A DNA stretch of 64,000 nucleotides, taken from NCBI GenBank assembly GCA_951406725.2, contig OX597814.1:22196001-22260000 (forward strand). The letters are read 5' to 3'. Of this stretch, positions 13,396-27,056 are shown one piece after another. Position numbers and translations under genes: made by a program. The stretch's first letter is position 1. Each line of letters begins with the position of its first letter. Origin of the DNA: Octopus vulgaris. Its lineage: Eukaryota. Below the pieces are notes generated by a model. The model worked only from the letters and a program-made list of their open reading frames with translations. It did not search any database and was not told the DNA's origin.

Positions 13396-14814
13396 ATCAG
13401 AGGCGGGAATACAAAGGTCATGAGAACTGTACTTCGCATTTGAATATCATATTAACAGTACCAACAACAAAAATTACAATTACTTGCTTATAACAGAACC
13501 ACAAAAATAGTTCAATTAATTTCTGTTATTATTTTTGACATTTTTAAGAAATTCCTTGCTTTTTGGATAAATTAAGTGTGCGAATCTAAAATAAAAATTT
13601 CCAAGTAAATAACTTTAGAAATATCTGTTCTTGCCAATTCGAGTTGTTTCTTTGATCAATTCCGTCACCACGCAACTCATTAATGGGGTTTAATTAACTA
13701 TTCAACTTCAAATCATCGGGTGGCTTTGTTAGTTGGCAATAATTATATCGCACGTAGCTACACCTATGTAGCTAACCCGATCAAGACAAGAAATTATTAT
13801 TAAAGCTATAATGTATTTGACATTTGTTACTCAGTATAAATAACAGACGATAGAATTATTCTATCTGATTATACTTCATCCGCAGAGATCATGACTGGGA
13901 GGTTGTTTGGGGTAATTTACTTTATATAACCCCGAAAACATCAATCATAGACGTGTGTTTATATTGGCTTGACTTATCACTCACTTGGAAATCTATTTAC
14001 AATTTTCATTTCGGGGTGTTTGTCTTCAATACTTCTAAATAATTGCAAACTGTTTTGATAAATATATCTATATATTTTCACCACCAGCTCCACTCTCTCT
14101 GACTGGTTTTCTGTTAACCTTTTAATTGCTTTATCTGATTTCTTATTTTTTTCATTTTTTGAGGTTGTCACACTTAAAAAAGTTTCTTTCAACTCTGTCA
14201 GAGTATTTTATAAACATAGTGTTGCAACTAGTTGAGTCGGTACGGAGTCTAAATACCAACTGGGTTGTTCAACGATTAGTAGCCTATCTTTGGTACAGCT
14301 CTGAACCAGTGACCAAAGCACATGAATCTCGATGGCTCAGTCTCTTAAGATTTTATATAACGGAAATATTTTCTTGTATATACTGCTTTCTGAAAGGAGA
14401 CATTTACTGTAAATCAACGTCATATAGAATTATGCATATTAATGAGATCGATGATTGTTTTATGAAACCGAACTTGGAAAAAAAAAAGCAACAACAACAA
14501 TAGGCGCCACCTCAATATTTAGTATCAACCGGCCACAGTTTCGAATTATTTTCCCAACAGCATTTATATAGGATTTAACCTCTGATTAACTCACTAATCC
14601 TTCAAAAGACAGCTGGAGCAGAAATTAAACTTTAATAATTAATGGATTAATGGCTGGTTGTATATGATATAACGTTTCAAATGAAACTGTATGGATCATG
14701 AGTTATGATATTAAAAAAAATTTGATGAAGCCAATTATTGTTATTCTTATTATACATTAACTATGTTTTCTATTTTCTTCTGTGTTAAGCTTTCTAGCTA
14801 AATTTCCCTGCATT

Positions 14815-14904
<90 letters not shown>

Positions 14905-14970
14905 TTCAAACGTCTGCTTATCTATCTAGTTTAATATATATATTTATATATATGTATATATATTTTTTTA

Positions 14971-15270
14971 CCCCCTTCGGTCAGACACCGACCATGGGTT
15001 TGCACCTAGAGAGTTACCCTCTGAGGCACAAGTCTGGGCAAGGTTGTTTTTTTATGGAAGACCAGCAGTCGCCCATGCATACCGGTCTCCCCTCTCCACG
15101 TCACCGATGTTGTCCAAGGGAAAGGCAAGGGCCGATACAGCTTGGCACCTGTGACGTCGCAACTCATTTCTACAGCTGAGTGAACTGGAGCAACGTGAAA
15201 TAAAGTGTCTTGCTCAAGAACACAACACGCAGCCCGGTCCGGGATTCGAGCTCACAACCTCATGATTGTA
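14971..15270 (-). mobile_element. tRNA-derived SINE family B (5'-truncated)
   Basis: Reverse complement has a B-box-like GAGCTCGAATCCCGG and TTGTGTTCTTGAGCAAGACACTT; near-identical to 27054-27379. Confidence 0.8.
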
Positions 15271-16198
15271 TATATAGTCAATTTTTGTTACACAAGTATC
15301 TTTTTTTCCAATTATCTTGAATACATTTATCATATGAAAATTAATTAATTCGGTTTGTTTTCATTTATATACTTAAAGCGAAAATTCATAAAAATTAGAA
15401 TTCTCAATTATTCACAGCAAATATTGATTCAATTTAATTAAACATAAGGCCTCAGGAAAGGGAAATTACTATGTTGAACTGTTTAAGACGGAGAAGAGAA
15501 TAGTTGCATAAATGAAAAGAAATTAGAATCGAAGTCTTATCACGTTCTCAACATAAAATTTTACTTAGTTAATCTTCTTACATATTAGAAGGGGAAAACG
15601 TTTCTGTAGATTTCAACAAATTTCGTGCTTTATTCATGTTATTGTTTAACTCTGCGTCAGTCTTGATCAATTGGATCTATGGTAGAATGCATTAGTGTCA
15701 TGTCCGTCCCACCTTCTTTGTTTTAATACAGTGTACATCTTTGACCCTATTTTCACAGTCATTTACCTTCTAGTACAGGAAGAAAATTTGATTGCTATTT
15801 GTAGTACATCGAGAGACCACATAAAGACTCTTTCTTTGGCGCAATATGTTTAGTTGTAATTAAAATTAGAGTAAACACGCTGTCTAGAAGATAACGTGTT
15901 TGGCAGTGACATTGTGTTTTGTAAACAATGTGTGGTGTTTGGTATATGTTTTTGATAAAAAGGAATATCCATACATATTTATGCATGTACACAAACGGAA
16001 ACGTACATACATAGGTACGCTCGTATATACATATTCTACTGCCTCTCGTTAATTTCTCTCCTTTCAACTTTTCCTTGAAGAATGTCTCTCTCCGAAACGT
16101 TCGATTTTCCACCCTCCCACAGCAAGCTCACAGAACATTTTAAAGTAATTTTATCATATAAGCCTTGCCGACGACTTATATAGTAAAATTATATATGA

Positions 16199-16287
<89 letters not shown>

Positions 16288-16479
16288 AAGATAGATAGAT
16301 AGATAGACAGATAGATAGATATGTGTGTGTGTGTGAGTGCGTCCGTCCGTGCATGTGTGTGGGTATACGTATGTGTGTGTATACGCACATGCATATGTAG
16401 GTATACATATATATATATATATATATATATAATATGTATGTATATACACACACGTATATATATATATATACATACATAC

Positions 16480-16545
<66 letters not shown>

Positions 16546-16564
16546 GTGTGTGCGTATATATATA

Positions 16565-16901
16565 TAAATAATATGAGGGAATATTATTCCAAACTTACAG
16601 GGAAAAATTCAGTTTAGAAATACTCAATCAAATTTCACAAAATATATTATATATATATATATATAAATTAGAAAAAAAATCAATTCAATAATGAAACATT
16701 AAATTATACCATTTAGAAAAATTACATATTATAGAAAGATTAAATATAAGATAAAACGTACGTTTTATTTATTATTCTGCACATTACTTAATCATTGTTA
16801 TATGTTTTATCTTGTATTTAATCTTTTTATAAATATGTAATTTTTCTAAATGGTATAATTTAATTTTTCATTGTTGAATTGATAAAAGGTGTTTTTTTCT
16901 A

Positions 16902-16908
<7 letters not shown>
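16565..16908 (-). mobile_element. Fold-back element (~100-bp inverted arms 16661-16757 / 16804-16908) with unique tail 16565-16650, within (TA)n
   Basis: ATAAATTAGAAAAAAA...AAATTATACCATTTAGAAAAATTACATA...AAGATAAAAC pairs with GTTTTATCTT...TATGTAATTTTTCTAAATGGTATAATTT...TTTTTTTCTAATTTAT. Confidence 0.7.
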
Positions 16909-16972
<64 letters not shown>

Positions 16973-16988
16973 ATGTTACATTACTCGG

Positions 16989-17062
16989 TAGTCAAGATAA
17001 AACTCTGGGTTTCAGATGCCGAAGTGGAAATCCACAACACCATCTCTTCGGTTATCTGGCTA
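16989..17062 (-). ncRNA. Second (inverted) copy of the PLE hammerhead-like motif
   Basis: Reverse complement of 19927-20000, except stem III reads GAAACCCAGAGTT rather than GAAACTCAGAGTT. Confidence 0.5.
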
Positions 17063-17250
17063 TTTGAAAACGTTATGAAAAAATACCGTCAAATAAAGGG
17101 AAATTACTCTGTTATAACTCTGCTTGCCTGCGTTCTTATACATCGCTCGCATTTTTCGTCATAAAAATTATATAAAAATACATAAAAAATATATAAAAAA
17201 TATATAAAAATATATAAATTCTTCTTGGGACATATCATAGAAAGTATGTT

Positions 17251-18502
17251 CTATCTGTTTTCTTTAGGGGACCAAAAACGTAACAGAAACTTAGTCACAT
17301 GTGGGCATGATCCGAAAAGCTCTGTCCTTGTATTTAGACATGTAGTAGGGTCTAAGCTGCTTTTCCAGATAAGCCATCTCTCCATGTCGCATAGACCGCA
17401 CCTTCCGCTGCCGTTAGTATAGGGCTTACATCTGGCCAAAATCTTCCATTGTATGTTATAATCGACACCTTTATCTCTTAAAGACCAAATATGATTAGAC
17501 AATTGTGTCGCTTTCCTTTTGTTCCAGTGCCTAAAGCTCAAAGTGTGGTTATTGAACCTGGCCTTGAAATTACCCTCTGTAAGGCCCACGTATTTCTTCG
17601 TCGAAACGGTGTCTTTAGTGGTTATAGAGTTTACGGTAGCTTCATATATGATGGTCTTGGACATGCAAGCTCCATTTAGCGGGCACAATTCTTTATTCCT
17701 GCATGAACAGCTGTTTTCTTCTTGTGTTTTTTGTATGTTATGTTTGATTATGTTTTTAAAATTGGTAGTTGAACTAAAACTAATTTTTAAATTGTGTCTA
17801 TTGAAGAGTTTCCTATAAGTATGGTTAACTGGAAAATGTCTATCTATCAGTGCTAGAAAATATTTACCTATATTGAAGGCCACCTCGGGTGAGTAAGGGG
17901 GCGTAAACCAGATGACCTTCCTATTTCTATTATTCCTTTCTTTACTGTTGGGCTAGTGATAGGTGTATATTTTATTTTATCGCTAAAACCACTATCTTTT
18001 AAAACCTTATTATAAACTGGGGCAACGCTATTGAAGATGTCCTCATCAGATGAGAGGCTAGAAATCCTCTTACTAATATTTTTAACTAAATTTTTGAATA
18101 CTATAGGGGGATGGCATGAACCTACATTAATATAACTTAGTCTATCATTGGGCTTCCTATAAGGCTTATAAATATTCTTATTAAGATCTAAGGAAACGTC
18201 TAAGAAATTGACAACCGTCAAGTTAGTATCTATAGTTATACTAAGTCCGAAGTGCTTCATTAACTGGATAATATCCTTCCTAAAACGATCTTGTGCTGGT
18301 CCATTTGTATTAGCTGTTAAGGCGAGGGCATCATCTTTGTAGATGGCGAAATGTACGTTAGGGAATGTCTTACCTAAGGTATCTAGGAGAAAAGTCCAAT
18401 TAGATCACAGATGTCTGCCCCATCATATGAACCCATGCTCACATCGAAAGCGCCCTCTGTGTCGGTGTTTTTTACCCACTTTGCGTCCTCACTGAAAAGT
18501 AA
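17251..18502 (-). pseudogene. Inverted copy of the same PLE ORF with two 1-bp deletions
   Basis: ORFs 17868-18260 and 17251-17883 reproduce the 397-aa protein. Frameshifts occur in A/T runs at ~18391 and ~17938. Confidence 0.88.
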
Positions 18503-18544
18503 AAAAAGTGGGTAAAAAACACCGACACAGAGGGCGCTTTCGAT

Positions 18545-19738
18545 GTGAGCATGGGTTCATATGATGGGGCAGACATCTGTGATCTAATTGGACTTTTTCT
18601 CCTAGATACCTTAGGTAAGACATTCCCTAACGTACATTTCGCCATCTACAAAGATGATGCCCTCGCCTTAACAGCTAATACAAATGGACCAGCACAAGAT
18701 CGTTTTAGGAAGGATATTATCCAGTTAATGAAGCACTTCGGACTTAGTATAACTATAGATACTAACTTGACGGTTGTCAATTTCTTAGACGTTTCCTTAG
18801 ATCTTAATAAGAATATTTATAAGCCTTATAGGAAGCCCAATGATAGACTAAGTTATATTAATGTAGGTTCATGCCATCCCCCTATAGTATTCAAAAATTT
18901 AGTTAAAAATATTAGTAAGAGGATTTCTAGCCTCTCATCTGATGAGGACATCTTCAATAGCGTTGCCCCAGTTTATAATAAGGTTTTAAAAGATAGTGGT
19001 TTTAGCGATAAAATAAAATATACACCTATCACTAGCCCAACAGTAAAGAAAAGGAATAATAGAAATAGGAAGGTCATCTGGTTTACGCCCCCTTACTCAC
19101 CCGAGGTGGCCTTCAATATAGGTAAATATTTTCTAGCACTGATAGATAGACATTTTCCAGTTAACCATACTTATAGGAAACTCTTCAATAGACACAATTT
19201 AAAAATTAGTTTTAGTTCAACTACCAATTTTAAAAACATAATCAAACATAACATACAAAAAACACAAGAAGAAAACAGCTGTTCATGCAGGAATAAAGAA
19301 TTGTGCCCGCTAAATGGAGCTTGCATGTCCAAGACCATCATATATGAAGCTACCGTAAACTCTATAACCACTAAAGACACCGTTTCGACGAAGAAATACG
19401 TGGGCCTTACAGAGGGTAATTTCAAGGCCAGGTTCAATAACCACACTTTGAGCTTTAGGCACTGGAACAAAAGGAAAGCGACACAATTGTCTAATCATAT
19501 TTGGTCTTTAAGAGATAAAGGTGTCGATTATAACATACAATGGAAGATTTTGGCCAGATGTAAGCCCTATACTAACGGCAGCGGAAGGTGCGGTCTATGC
19601 GACATGGAGAGATGGCTTATCTGGAAAAGCAGCTTAGACCCTACTACATGTCTAAATACAAGGACAGAGCTTTTCGGATCATGCCCACATGTGACTAAGT
19701 TTCTGTTACGTTTTTGGTCCCCTAAAGAAAACAGATAG
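18545..19738 (+). CDS. Penelope-like RT (C-terminal part), thumb and GIY-YIG endonuclease, N-terminally truncated
   Basis: MGSYDGADICDLIG (RT4), YKDD (RT5), NFLDVSLD (RT7), CSCRNKELC (CxCx5C linker), IIYEATV...KKYVGLT (GIY-YIG), FKARFNNH and CGLCDME. These motifs and the TA targeting fit what I recall as the Hydra clade of PLEs (needs checking). Confidence 0.88.
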   Translation: MSMGSYDGADICDLIGLFLLDTLGKTFPNVHFAIYKDDALALTANTNGPAQDRFRKDIIQLMKHFGLSITIDTNLTVVNFLDVSLDLNKNIYKPYRKPNDRLSYINVGSCHPPIVFKNLVKNISKRISSLSSDEDIFNSVAPVYNKVLKDSGFSDKIKYTPITSPTVKKRNNRNRKVIWFTPPYSPEVAFNIGKYFLALIDRHFPVNHTYRKLFNRHNLKISFSSTTNFKNIIKHNIQKTQEENSCSCRNKELCPLNGACMSKTIIYEATVNSITTKDTVSTKKYVGLTEGNFKARFNNHTLSFRHWNKRKATQLSNHIWSLRDKGVDYNIQWKILARCKPYTNGSGRCGLCDMERWLIWKSSLDPTTCLNTRTELFGSCPHVTKFLLRFWSPKENR

Positions 19739-19926
19739 AACATGCTTTCTATGATATGTCCCAAGAAGAATTTATATATTTTTATATATTTTTTATATAT
19801 TTTTTATGTATTTTTATATAATTTTTATGACGAAAAATGCGAGCGATGTATAAGAACGCAGGCAAGCAGAGTTATAACAGAGTAATTTCCCTTTATTTGA
19901 CGGTATTTTTTCATAACGTTTTCAAA

Positions 19927-20000
19927 TAGCCAGATAACCGAAGAGATGGTGTTGTGGATTTCCACTTCGGCATCTGAAACTCAGAGTTTTATCTTGACTA
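19927..20000 (+). ncRNA. Variant type I minimal hammerhead ribozyme in PLE 3' UTR/pLTR
   Basis: Stem I AGATAA/TTATCT, core CCGAAGA (19938-19944), long stem II GATG...GTGGA TT TCCAC...CATC, an extra T, GAAA (19976-19979), stem III CTC-A-GAG and putative GUU cleavage triplet 19986-19988. Confidence 0.6.
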
Positions 20001-20090
20001 CCGAGTAATGTAACATATTGTATAGATAAATTTCCTCTATTTACATAATATTGAGGTCTCTTTCTTTCTTTTGTTATCTTACCGTTTTAT

Positions 20091-20141
<51 letters not shown>

Positions 20142-20147
20142 CATACA

Positions 20148-20244
<97 letters not shown>

Positions 20245-20689
20245 TAATAGACACAATACATGTTTGTATGTGCTACTAATAGTTTTATATGTGAAGAAAT
20301 ACTTGAAACATATTCATCAGGCACAAATCACATGTCAGAATGAACTAAAATTTAAATGAGTGCAGATACACGAAAAGTTGAGGAGGAAGCATATGGAAAA
20401 CATGCAAGGTTAAAAAACGGAAAACGGAAAACGAAAAAGTAAAAAGTAAAAAAGAGGTAAAAGAGCTATCTCCCTTAGTCCTTAAACTATAAGGCTGGAA
20501 AGATATCAACAAGTTAATCACATATAGGCGGAATTTCCCAATTCTTCCCAATGTACTTAGACATATGTTTACAACCGCTGTAAACTATATTTAGCTGAAA
20601 GAGCACAGATCCTTCTCAGATCTAAGATTCTATCCCTAACTCACTACTAAACTCTAGGTCTGAAATTTTCAGCTTTATGCCTGTATATA

Positions 20690-21114
<425 letters not shown>

Positions 21115-21577
21115 ATGATGGATAAGCTGGGCATTCGTCGTGACAAGACGTACTTTTCATAGCTCCGGTCAAGTCAGTAGCCAAAGAAGCATATTTCAAC
21201 TCAAGCCAGCAGAAACTCTCCTTATTTTGAGTCCCAGAACTTTTGAATTCTACAATTCTACTTTTCTACTCTTTTACTACCATCGGAGGAAAAATTTATA
21301 CAAATCTATATACAACCTGGAGAAAGAAAGATAAACCAAAACTAAACCCAAGACTAGTTCTAAAACTAGTCCCGTGAGTACAATTCTTTTCTCTTGATCT
21401 GTATTAAACACACCGCTCATCCTCATTTGTACTAAATACACTGAACTCTCCCACACACACTCAGATATAGCCACGCATTTCCGAATATATTGACACAAAC
21501 TTTTCAACGGTGTATTCACTATTATACATCAAGCCATCAATAACTGATGTACAGTGTATAATACTGCCCCACTGAAT

Positions 21578-22827
21578 ATGGCCAATGATATTCAAAAAGG
21601 CCACTGGGTTGATAATGAAATCACTGCACTGATAAACGCTTGGTACACTCACCATAATGAAGCTAATGCTTAAAGTAAAATAGCTGAAACATTAGCAAAA
21701 CAATCCTTTCACAGATCTGTAAAACAGATCGAAAATAAAATAAAAGAGATTGTAAGAACATTTCCTATTTTCCACACGCACATGGCAACACTAGAAGCCA
21801 TCCTTGTCAATGAATGTAGTGCACCAAATGACCCAACTCCAACAGGTCAGGGGTCACTTCAACGACCCGATAGCCAGCAACAAACATCTGACCTAATTCC
21901 ACCCAACACTACCTTGGCAAGCCAGGACTCACTATCACAACAACAGCCTGCTTCTGCTACTACATTGGAAGCACCTTGTTTAGCACCAGTATCTTACCCG
22001 ATTCCACCCAGCCCTACTGTTGCAAGTCAAGTTTCACTGCTGCTACAGCAACAGCAACAACAACAAAAACAACACTCTGCTATTGCTACTAAATAGGACC
22101 ACTGACCAACGGGCCTGCCAGAATAGAAAAACCACTACTACACCCACGTCAAACACCTCGCCGTTACTATTCTCAAGGCAACTGTAGATTTGGCCCCAGT
22201 GGCACCAACAACAAGGGACGCTGTGCTTTTTTCCATCCTACCTTATGTCGTAGACTTGTTATGGGCACCTGTCCATTTGGTATAACGGGAAAAAACTGCC
22301 CTCACCTCCACCCCAAATACTGTCCTAAATACAGAGTCCATGGTCTTGATCCCAAATATGGATGCACAAAAGGCAATGGATGCACCTTCTTCCATCCTAA
22401 ACTGTGCCAAACTTCTGTGTCACTAAGGATGTGCCTGAACCCAGAATGCAACCATTACCATCTGAAGGGCACAAAACGATCGCAAAATAAATATAAACAG
22501 CAACAGAGGAGATCTACGACAACAACAAAAACAAAATACAACCACGTTTTCCCTCCTACAATCAAACAACAAAAACAGAACCATGAAGAAACCATAACAC
22601 CAAATAACATAAACATGAAATATGTATCCTCTGACCAAGTGGCAAACCAAAGAGACAACTCTTTTTTATTGACTTACCTAGAAAATATGAAGGCCGACCT
22701 AAGCAAGGAGATCCAACGAGCTATCAGCAACCATCTATGCAAATCGCGAGGACCACACACCCACTACCAACAAGAAAATCATACACACACAGCTCCATAC
22801 AAGAACTACCCACATTGTTACTACTGA
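21578..22827 (+). pseudogene. LINE ORF1: Myb/SANT(trihelix)-like N-terminus, Q/P/S/T-rich linker, four tandem CCCH zinc fingers
   Basis: From ATG 21578: MANDIQKGHWVDNEITALINAWYTHHNEANA*SKIAETLAKQSFHRSVKQIENKIKEIVRTF, in frame with ORF 21782-22096. After a frameshift: (C>R)RYYSQGNC..CAFFH, CRRLVMGTC..CPHLH, CPKY..GC..CTFFH and CQTS..C..CNHYH. Confidence 0.7.
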
Positions 22828-25756
22828 ACAACATAAAACATAACTTAGAACAATGCAAACATCAAACTTCCCTTACCTCGACATTTCTGTTAAATGTACG
22901 TGGCATCAACCCATCAATTATTGCCCAAAAATGGAAGATCCCATCTATAGAGAGTTGGCTTTCCGAAACGGCACATTGCTTCCCTTTCTTTATCCTTACT
23001 GAGACTCACCTGAACAACACCCATATGGACGCAGAGGTGAAAATAAAAGATTTCACCATTGTTCGTGCGGATCGCACAGACCGAAATAAGGGAGGGACAG
23101 CCATCTTTATCCATGACTCCTTTTCACTTGATGCCAAGGACATATTTTCCAATGGCTACTGTGAATCGGTATCACTATACAACAAAGCCAAGGACATAAC
23201 CATTGCTGGTCTTTACAGGCCTCCCCAGGCACCTCTAAAGTGCTTTGAAGTGTGCCTTAGCAAAGTCAAGTCCTTCTTTCGGAAGTATAACTCCGGAAAC
23301 ATACTAGTGATGGGTGATTTTAACCTCCCTCATGTGAACTGGCCCACAAATACTCTGAAGTTAGGCAAATGCTCTACATCAGATAGAGCAGCAGCAGAAC
23401 TGCTCTTTAATCTAATGGATGAATTCTTCCTGACTCAGCTAGTATTCGAACCAACGAGACAGAATAAAACGATCTTGGATCTGGTATTGACCAATCACTC
23501 TAGCTTCGTTCACAGTATTTCAGTTGAAAAAACCCTCCTCTCAGAATACTCCATGGCATTCATTTGACAACATAAACTTCCACAAAGCGGACTGGGGAGC
23601 AATCAGAAAGGATCTGTCTTTCATCGACTGGTCTTTTACTCTCAATTCCACCCATATTGAGGCCGCATGGCAGCACTTTGAAAACATTGTCACCTATACA
23701 TGCTCTAAATACGCTCCCACGAAATCTACTAACACAAACAGAAACCGGCTCCCTAAAAAGAAAAAAACACTCATCAGGCGCATCAAAAGACTCAATAAAA
23801 GAATCAACCAATTAAAATATTCCCACATACAACATCCACATTCAACAACAATGAAAAGGCTAGAGCTGGAAAAACTTCATCTGCAGACCGACATGAAAAC
23901 CTCCATTGAAAATCAAAGAGCTGTGGAGGAACAGTGGGTAATCAAAAATATCAAACGGAACCCAAAAGTGTTCTATTCTTATGCAAATAAGCATAGAACC
24001 ACTGTCTCATCCATTTGGCCATTGATTGATGATAACGGCATTCCCCAACACGATGCTAAAGAAATGGCAGAAATACTGCAGAAACAATACTGTTCTGTCT
24101 TTAGTGTTCCCACTGATACTGATATTGACGTAAGAGAAGCGAACGAAGTTGATTCCCAACATAAAATCTCAGACATAACCTTCACTGCCACTGACATCGT
24201 AGCAGCAATAAATGAGGTCAAATACTACTCTGCTGTAGGCCCTGATAGATTCCCCGCTAGTCTCCTGAATGAATGTAGACACCAACTTGCAGTCCCTCTG
24301 ACCAACCCCTGGAGAAATTCGTTAGACGCAGGTTATATACCGAAACAGTTTCTATCCCAGTCAGTCATCCCGGTTTTCAAACAGGGAAACAGATCCCTCG
24401 CAGTCAACTATCGCCCAATCTTACTCACCTCCCACATCATTAAAGTGTTTGAAAGAGTGTTAAGATCAAGGATAGCTGACTTCCTGGAGGCCCACAAACT
24501 CCTAAATGCAAATCAGCATGGCTTTCGCTGTGGCAGAGACTGTCTAACACAGCTCTTACACCACATTGAAGATATACTCAAAGCCTTGGGAACAGGTTCG
24601 AACTCTGATGTCATATGTCTTGACTTCAATAAAGCGTTCCACAGGGTAGACCATAATATTCTACTCTCAAAATTGGCAAATGTTGGAATCCGTGAAAAAG
24701 TTCTACACTGGATTAAGTATTTCCTGGCGAATAGAACACAACATGTTGTAGTTGATGGAGTCCACTCAAGCCCAGCAAAAGTCACCAGCGGTGTCCCCCA
24801 GGGGACTGTCTTGGGCCTGCTACACTTTATAATCTATATAAACGACCTTTCCAGTGTCGTACGTTACTGCAAAGTGAAAATATTTGCTGATGACACTAAG
24901 CTCCAGTAAATCGTCAATGAAGAAGCAGACCGAACTCAACTCCAGTCTGATCTATATGCTGTGAGTGAATGGGCAGACAGAAACAAAATGCAACTGAATG
25001 AGGGAAAATTTGAGCTGATGCATTTTGGAAGAAATTTCTCACTAAAACAGCCATACTCTCTTCCTTCAGGGGAACCGCTCACAGCCTCTAACAATATCAG
25101 AGACCTGGGTGTAATTGTTGATGACGATCTCAGTTGGAGTGCACACATCAACAAGAAGGTCGATATAGCTCGTAGGATGAGTTCCTGGATCTTAAGAACT
25201 TTCCGGTCCAGAGAACAAGGTGTCATCATACCACTTTTCTCCTCCTTTGTACGAATACTGCTGCCCACTGTGGTCTCCCCATACAAGACAAAACATCTCG
25301 AGGATTGAATCACCCCAGAGGGTACTCACTAAACGAATTGAAGGCATGGCTGCTCTCGATTATTGGGATCGCCTTAAAGCCTTGAAACTCTACTCTCTCC
25401 AGCGTCGCCGTGAGCGGTACATCATTTGTACGATGTGGAGAATATACTGCCAACTTTGCCCAAACGACCTGAACATTAGCTTCAAAGTTCATCCAAGACT
25501 GGGACCACGGGCCATACGTCCCCTGCCCAATTCAAGATCACAACATGCATGTACACTGCAACATAATTTCTTTTCCTCAACAGGCCCTGCCCTATTTAAC
25601 ATTGTCCCGAAAGAGATCAAAGAGGAAAAGGATCCCATCAACTTTAAACGGAGTCTGGATAGATTCCTTCAAGGAATACCAGATAAGCCACCCATAATTG
25701 GATACAACTCACCCAACAAAAACTCACTACTTGAATGGACCATAAACAAAACTTGA
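22737..25756 (+). pseudogene. LINE ORF2: apurinic endonuclease plus reverse transcriptase (2 frameshifts, 1 stop)
   Basis: LLNVRG, LTETHL, GLYRPP, GDFN and LDLVLT (APE); NYRPI, QHGFR, LDFNKAF, SGVPQGTVLG and FADDTKL (RT); C-terminal LYSLQRRRERY. Breaks near 23555, 24907 (TAA) and 25255. Confidence 0.9.
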
Positions 25757-25841
25757 CTTAAACAGGATTCAGATAATCCTATCAGGTGGTGCTATTAAGT
25801 TAGACATGGCCTGGACCAATCTTTGGTTGAAACATATCTAA

Positions 25842-25907
<66 letters not shown>

Positions 25908-26099
25908 CACATATATATGTGTATACATACACACACACACAGACATATAATTATATGCACAAGATGCAAAGCATATTCAAGGACATTTAGTTATCAGTAA
26001 ATTACTCTCTTCAAAATAGTTAAAAGGATTGTATTTCTTTTAGATTTTGCTAGCCCTGAATAATACAAGAAATGAAAAGACATGCAATCATTGATATTA

Positions 26100-26665
26100 G
26101 ATACACACCGAGTGATAAATTGTCAACTTTCTAAGTGCTGCAAGATCTTTTGTACGCAAAGATCGGGTGGAATTGAATGCTTCTACCAGGAAAGGTTCAA
26201 CTGCATTGTTGAGGGAAAAACAATATTGTAAACGTTCGGCCATTATAAGATCGTCGCAATTTATCCATCTGGTTCAAAGTACTATTGAACCAAGAAAAAT
26301 CAAAGCGAGCCATCGCCAAATAAATTCAGATGTCGGGCAGTACTGTGAGAAACGAGTTCTGAATGTTGTACGTACTAAAAAAGGCCAATTCATGTCTGGA
26401 AAGAAACAGGAAATTTGTTTGATCTGTGTAAAGCGGTTACTTATTAAAGTTAAAAACTCTCACCTTACGAACATGGCATACTTTGGTTCCTCACCGATGA
26501 GAAAAACTTTGACCGAGATCAAAAGTCTAACTAGAGAAACGACAGATTGTTATGTACAGATACTGCTGATGTCTTCCAAGTGATGCACACTAAATTCTAG
26601 CAGCTGTGATGGTTTTAGGAAAGATGAGTAACGAAGGTAATTTTATGCCAGCTCATATTTTTCTA
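26100..26665 (+). pseudogene. Tc1/mariner superfamily transposase remnant (maT/DD37D-like)
   Basis: Cross-frame translation: KKGQFMS, LWFLTDEKNFDRDQKSN*RNDRLLC, VMHTKF and VMVLGKMSNEGNFMPAHIF. Confidence 0.7.
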
Positions 26666-26999
26666 GTTTTAGAATTAATGCCTTTAAATTGAGACGGATT
26701 TAAATTCTAGGTTTGGAGCGATGTTGAAATATCGACACCCCACAAATACTATACCTTCAGTGTAGTCCAGCATTGTCCTGGTGATGTCTGAAACGAATAA
26801 GAACCATTTAGTGCAGGCATGTCAATGATTCCTGTCCCGAATTAAATTCATTGGTGCTGAAGAGGGGATTCATAAAATCTAATAAGGAAGCTTCTCGAGT
26901 ACATTTTTTCAGAATTAATATACATTTTGTTTTTGCTAGATTAGAGTTGTTTTATAAAATTACAAAATAAGTCCTCGAAATTATGTTTGTGTGTGTGTA

Positions 27000-27053
<54 letters not shown>

Positions 27054-27056
<3 letters not shown>

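Larger units (their letters stand above)
16965..20093 (+). mobile_element. 5'-truncated Penelope-like retroelement with inverted duplication (arms 16965-18482 and 18505-20024, tail 20025-20093), inserted in (TA)n
   Basis: The arms are reverse complements with only about 4 differences seen. There is a 22-nt spacer, an RT plus GIY-YIG ORF and a hammerhead-like motif in the 3' UTR, with (TA)n on both flanks. Confidence 0.92.
21115..25846 (+). mobile_element. Near full-length non-LTR retrotransposon (CR1/L2/Jockey superclade), mildly decayed
   Basis: ~460-bp 5' UTR, ORF1, overlapping ORF2 (APE+RT) and a short 3' UTR running into (TA)n. Confidence 0.88.
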
